From an uncultured Prevotellaceae bacterium (GTDB lineage Bacteria; Bacteroidota; Bacteroidia; Bacteroidales; Bacteroidaceae), in contig ONDP01000007.1 of NCBI GenBank assembly GCA_900316645.1, positions 4,893 through 68,892 of the forward strand: a stretch of DNA of 64,000 nucleotides, in the 5' to 3' direction. The notes under the pieces are model-generated. The model was not told the DNA's origin and did not search any database. It saw nothing but the letters and a program-made list of their open reading frames with translations. Below are positions 60,760 to 64,000 of this stretch, in pieces (position 1 is the stretch's first letter; every line of letters begins with the position of its first letter). A program made the translations under genes and the position numbers.

Positions 60760-63207
60760 ATGAAAAAGATTAGTTTATTAGTCCTTTTAGGGTGTGTCAG
60801 CACAACGCTCATGGCACAGCGCTCGCCCGTAGGAATCGTCAGCATTCAGGACACGACGAAGAGTGTGCAGATTGGTGCTATCTCTTCGGTGGCTGCCGAT
60901 GGTGGCAAGGGGCTGCAGTTGTCTACATTCACCAACACTTCGGGTGGCAACTTCAATGGTGCGCAAATCAGTGCCATCACAAACCTGACCCAGACTATGC
61001 ACAAAGGCGTGCAGCTGGGCGGTATGCTGAATGTAGCTTCCGGAGAAATGGGAGGATGGCAAGTAGCAGCCTTCAACTATGCTGATTCGCTGAGGGGCGC
61101 GCAGATTGGTGTCTTCAACACCGCTCGTCATATCAGGAAGGGATGGCAGTTAGGTATCATCAATTATACCAAAGACACGATTCCCGGTGCCACGCGCATC
61201 GGTCTGGTGAACATCAGTCCGAAGACCACCATCGACTGGATGGTGTTCGGTGGCAATCAGAGCAAGTTTAATTTTGCCATGCGCTATCGCAACAAGAGTA
61301 CCTATAATATCATAGGTATCGGTACGCATTTTATGGGTTTGAGCAACCGCTTCTCCGGTGCCGTTTACTATCGCATCGGTCAGTATTTCCAGCTGTCGCC
61401 CAAGTTCAGTCTCAGTGGCGACATTGGTTTTGCACATATCGAGACCTTCGAGAAAAGTGGCAGCGACAAGCCCAAGCGCCTCTATTCCCTGCAGGCGCGC
61501 CTCAATGCCGATTATCAGTTCAACAAGACGCTGGGCGCCTTTGCTTCTGTGGGTTGGGGCGACACGCGCTACTATCACCATTCTACGAGCTACCGCAGTC
61601 GTCCCATCATCGAAGCCGGTCTGACCCTCCGTCGTCACAGGAGCAATCAGAACGACCTCTGGCAGAACACCCATATCAGGAAGAAGGTGGCTGAAGAATA
61701 TCAGGAGACGGGCGATAGCACGATGGCTCTTGAACCCAAGAAGTGCTTCTGGGGTGCGGCCCTCGAAGTCACCGGCATCAATGTCGGCGTCCATCTGATG
61801 GACCGTTTCCTGCTGAAGGAACCCTTCGTAAAGACGACGCTGCATAGCATCGGCGAGAACTTCCGCAGGGGTTTGGTATGGGATAACGACCTGTTCACGA
61901 TGAACATGTTCGCCCACCCCTATCACGGCAACCTCTACTTCAATGCGGCACGTGCCAACGGCTTGAGTTATTGGGAGGCGGCACCCTTCGCCCTGTTGGG
62001 CTCGGCTGAATGGGAATTCTTCGGTGAGACCGACCCCCCTGCCATTAACGACCTCTTCGCTACCACCTGTGGCGGTATGGCCATTGGTGAAACGCTGCAC
62101 CGCCTGAGTCTTACGCCACTCGACGACCGCAAGCGCGGTTGGAACCGCTTCTGGCGTGAGGCAGTGGCTACTTTGTTGAACCCCATCCAGGGACTCCATC
62201 GTATCATCAGCGGCGATGCTTGGCGCGTCAAGAACGACCATTACCATTACCACGACTTCAAGACGATACCCATCCAGGCATCGTTCTCGACCGGTCTGCG
62301 CTATGTGGCTGACAATGGAGCCCTGTTCCGCGGCGACTACTGCCCGTATCTGAACATAGGCTTTGTATATGGTATAGGTGCCGACGGCGAAAAGCACACC
62401 AAGCCTTTCGACTTCTTCGACTTCGATGCTACATTCTCCTTCGGTGGCAGCCAGCCCATCATCAACAACATCAACATCATGGGACGTCTGTGGAGCACGC
62501 CTATCATCGACCGTACAGCAAAGAACGAACACGCCAAGAGCATGTATGGTGAGTTTGGTTTCTATCAGCACTTCAACTATTATGACTCCAAACCCATCAA
62601 GGACGGCTCCGAGCTGACACCTTACCGTATCAGCGAGCCCGCATCGTTCGGTCCTGGCTTTATGTTTGTGATGGAGCAGCCAAAGGCAGCGCTCACCCGT
62701 GCAGAGCAGCGTGTCTTCCTGAGCGGTATCCTGCTGGGTGGCACCAAGAGCGACTACTTCAACATCATCGAGCGCGACTACAATATGGGCAGCGGTTTCA
62801 GCATCAAGACGAAGACGGTGCTCGACTTTGGCAGCACAGCACGCTTCACGCTGAACGCCAAGTATTTCCGCATCTTTACCTTCAAGGGATACAAGGATAA
62901 GCTGGCACCACTGCAGGCACGTATTGACAACGGCGAATTCACGGAAGAATATCTGCGCTCTATCGCCGACGATAAAGACAAGTTCCAGGAAGTGACGGGT
63001 TTCGACCTGCGCTATCTGAATGCTCAGGGCGACAGGGGCAATGCCGGACTCCTGGTTATCAATCCCGTGCTGGAGTTCCATCTCACGAAGCAGTGGGGCA
63101 TCATCGCTCAGGGTTCCTACTTCATTCGTCGCACCTACTACAAGTATAACGAAAATGTGCGTGCCAGCACCTTCGAGGCCAAGCTAGGTATCATCTGCAG
63201 ACTGTAA
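60760..63207 (+). CDS. Outer-membrane protein with N-terminal G.Q[IL]G repeats and a DUF3943-like domain
   Basis: Signal peptide, G.Q[IL][GS]..N repeats, WDND.F..N.FAHPYHG..YFNAAR and WE..GE..PP..ND motifs, C-terminal beta strands. Confidence 0.75.
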   Translation: MKKISLLVLLGCVSTTLMAQRSPVGIVSIQDTTKSVQIGAISSVAADGGKGLQLSTFTNTSGGNFNGAQISAITNLTQTMHKGVQLGGMLNVASGEMGGWQVAAFNYADSLRGAQIGVFNTARHIRKGWQLGIINYTKDTIPGATRIGLVNISPKTTIDWMVFGGNQSKFNFAMRYRNKSTYNIIGIGTHFMGLSNRFSGAVYYRIGQYFQLSPKFSLSGDIGFAHIETFEKSGSDKPKRLYSLQARLNADYQFNKTLGAFASVGWGDTRYYHHSTSYRSRPIIEAGLTLRRHRSNQNDLWQNTHIRKKVAEEYQETGDSTMALEPKKCFWGAALEVTGINVGVHLMDRFLLKEPFVKTTLHSIGENFRRGLVWDNDLFTMNMFAHPYHGNLYFNAARANGLSYWEAAPFALLGSAEWEFFGETDPPAINDLFATTCGGMAIGETLHRLSLTPLDDRKRGWNRFWREAVATLLNPIQGLHRIISGDAWRVKNDHYHYHDFKTIPIQASFSTGLRYVADNGALFRGDYCPYLNIGFVYGIGADGEKHTKPFDFFDFDATFSFGGSQPIINNINIMGRLWSTPIIDRTAKNEHAKSMYGEFGFYQHFNYYDSKPIKDGSELTPYRISEPASFGPGFMFVMEQPKAALTRAEQRVFLSGILLGGTKSDYFNIIERDYNMGSGFSIKTKTVLDFGSTARFTLNAKYFRIFTFKGYKDKLAPLQARIDNGEFTEEYLRSIADDKDKFQEVTGFDLRYLNAQGDRGNAGLLVINPVLEFHLTKQWGIIAQGSYFIRRTYYKYNENVRASTFEAKLGIICRL

Positions 63208-63377
63208 TAGTTTATGCTATGCCGAAGCATCAGGATGTTACGAAAATCACAAAAATCACAAATCACAAAAATCAACAATTTCTGCTGTTCTTTTATCTTA
63301 CGGTTTACGTCTGGGTTTACTTTTGTTCACCGTTTGATTAGACATTTAATAATTTCAATTCTCGCTTTGATCCACTT

Positions 63378-63406
63378 GCTCACAGGGGGACAGTCCCCTT
63401 GTGAGT
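63378..63406. repeat. GC-rich palindrome (REP-like element or bidirectional terminator)
   Basis: CTCACAGGGGGA-CAG-TCCCCTTGTGAG between convergent genes. Confidence 0.65.
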
Positions 63407-63488
63407 ACTCATCCTCGTTGAAAACTTGGTTACAGACGATTCTATTCTGATTTTCAATCACTTGCATCATTCTTTAATGCATAACAAC

Positions 63489-64000
63489 TTACATCGAGAA
63501 GACTTTCTTACCCTCGAAGTAGGTGGCAGCGGGCTTGGCCTCGTGAATCTCTGTCACTGGACAGGTCAGCACGTCCTTATTCACCAGGAGGAAGTCGGCA
63601 TATTTGCCTACGCTGACGCTGCCTCGCTCATCCTCGATGAACATCTGCTTGGCAATGTTGATGGTCATAGCGGTGATGGCCTGCTCGCGGGTGACGAGTT
63701 CTTCAGTCCAGTAGGGCTTTCCAATCGCTCCTGTAAACATACCTGTCACGGCTATCTCCATAATGCCAAACGGGTCGTCGGGGCTGCCGCTCGTTGCAGG
63801 ATAGTCCGAGTGGGTAGTCGCAATAATGCCGTTGTCAAAATACGATTTCATCGGATAAGATTTGTCTTCCTGGCCTGCAGGAACGATACCATGCTCGCGC
63901 ATATGCTCCACCAAACCATCCTCAGCAAAATGCCAAAGCACACCAGAGGTGACATAGATATTATGGTCTGCCATACGCTTGTAATCTGCTTCGTCAATAT
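63489..64000 (-). CDS. Amidohydrolase 3 family protein (YtcJ-like), C-terminal part
   Basis: HSDYP, AITAMTINIA, RGSVSVGKYADF and TYFEGK.VF motifs. Frame stays open to the window edge. Confidence 0.85.
   Translation of the reverse strand, partial: IDEADYKRMADHNIYVTSGVLWHFAEDGLVEHMREHGIVPAGQEDKSYPMKSYFDNGIIATTHSDYPATSGSPDDPFGIMEIAVTGMFTGAIGKPYWTEELVTREQAITAMTINIAKQMFIEDERGSVSVGKYADFLLVNKDVLTCPVTEIHEAKPAATYFEGKKVFSM

Noticed and set aside
61150-63081. 643-aa antisense ORF
   Set aside because: It lies wholly opposite a well-formed gene and has no recognisable motifs. Codon bias of the sense gene explains the lack of stops.
54115-63207. Efflux region as a genomic island
   Set aside because: Codons look somewhat more GC-ending by eye, but no integrase, tRNA or flanking direct repeats were found and I cannot compute composition reliably.
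1-64000. Defence systems, prophage, transposases, rRNA or tRNA genes
   Set aside because: No ORF or motif supporting these was recognised. Intergenic gaps are short and accounted for.

Overview
A 64-kb, gene-dense, mostly core chromosomal segment of a Bacteroidota bacterium, very probably a Prevotella/Xylanibacter-like anaerobe. The evidence is TAnnTTTG -7 promoter boxes before many genes, T9SS-type C-terminal tails and the Bacteroidales gene order. It holds about 50 CDSs: dciA-like/recF, ribH, xth, a Cthe_2159-like lipoprotein with a LytS/LytTR pair, dsbD, mrp/apbC, an ATPase-less ABC-type efflux operon, cydAB, topB, GH94 cellobiose phosphorylase, S8 and two M6 proteases, folB, amidase, dnaA, GH97, nagB, hflX, M16 peptidase, class I fumarase, clpB and an AraC-RND-TolC operon. 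No rRNA, tRNA, CRISPR, transposase or integrase was seen. The most unusual signals are: (i) an intact 234-aa mini-NrdJ joining the N-terminus of class II ribonucleotide reductase to its C-terminal domain, without the catalytic core; (ii) 7-nt tandem arrays that mostly start on a gene's own stop codon and place stops in all three frames, one of them part of a 43-bp element found twice in the window (41/43 identical); (iii) small hairpin or palindromic intergenic elements; and (iv) candidate LytTR, AraC and sigma54-like regulatory sites. All family calls come from motif recognition by eye, not database searches.
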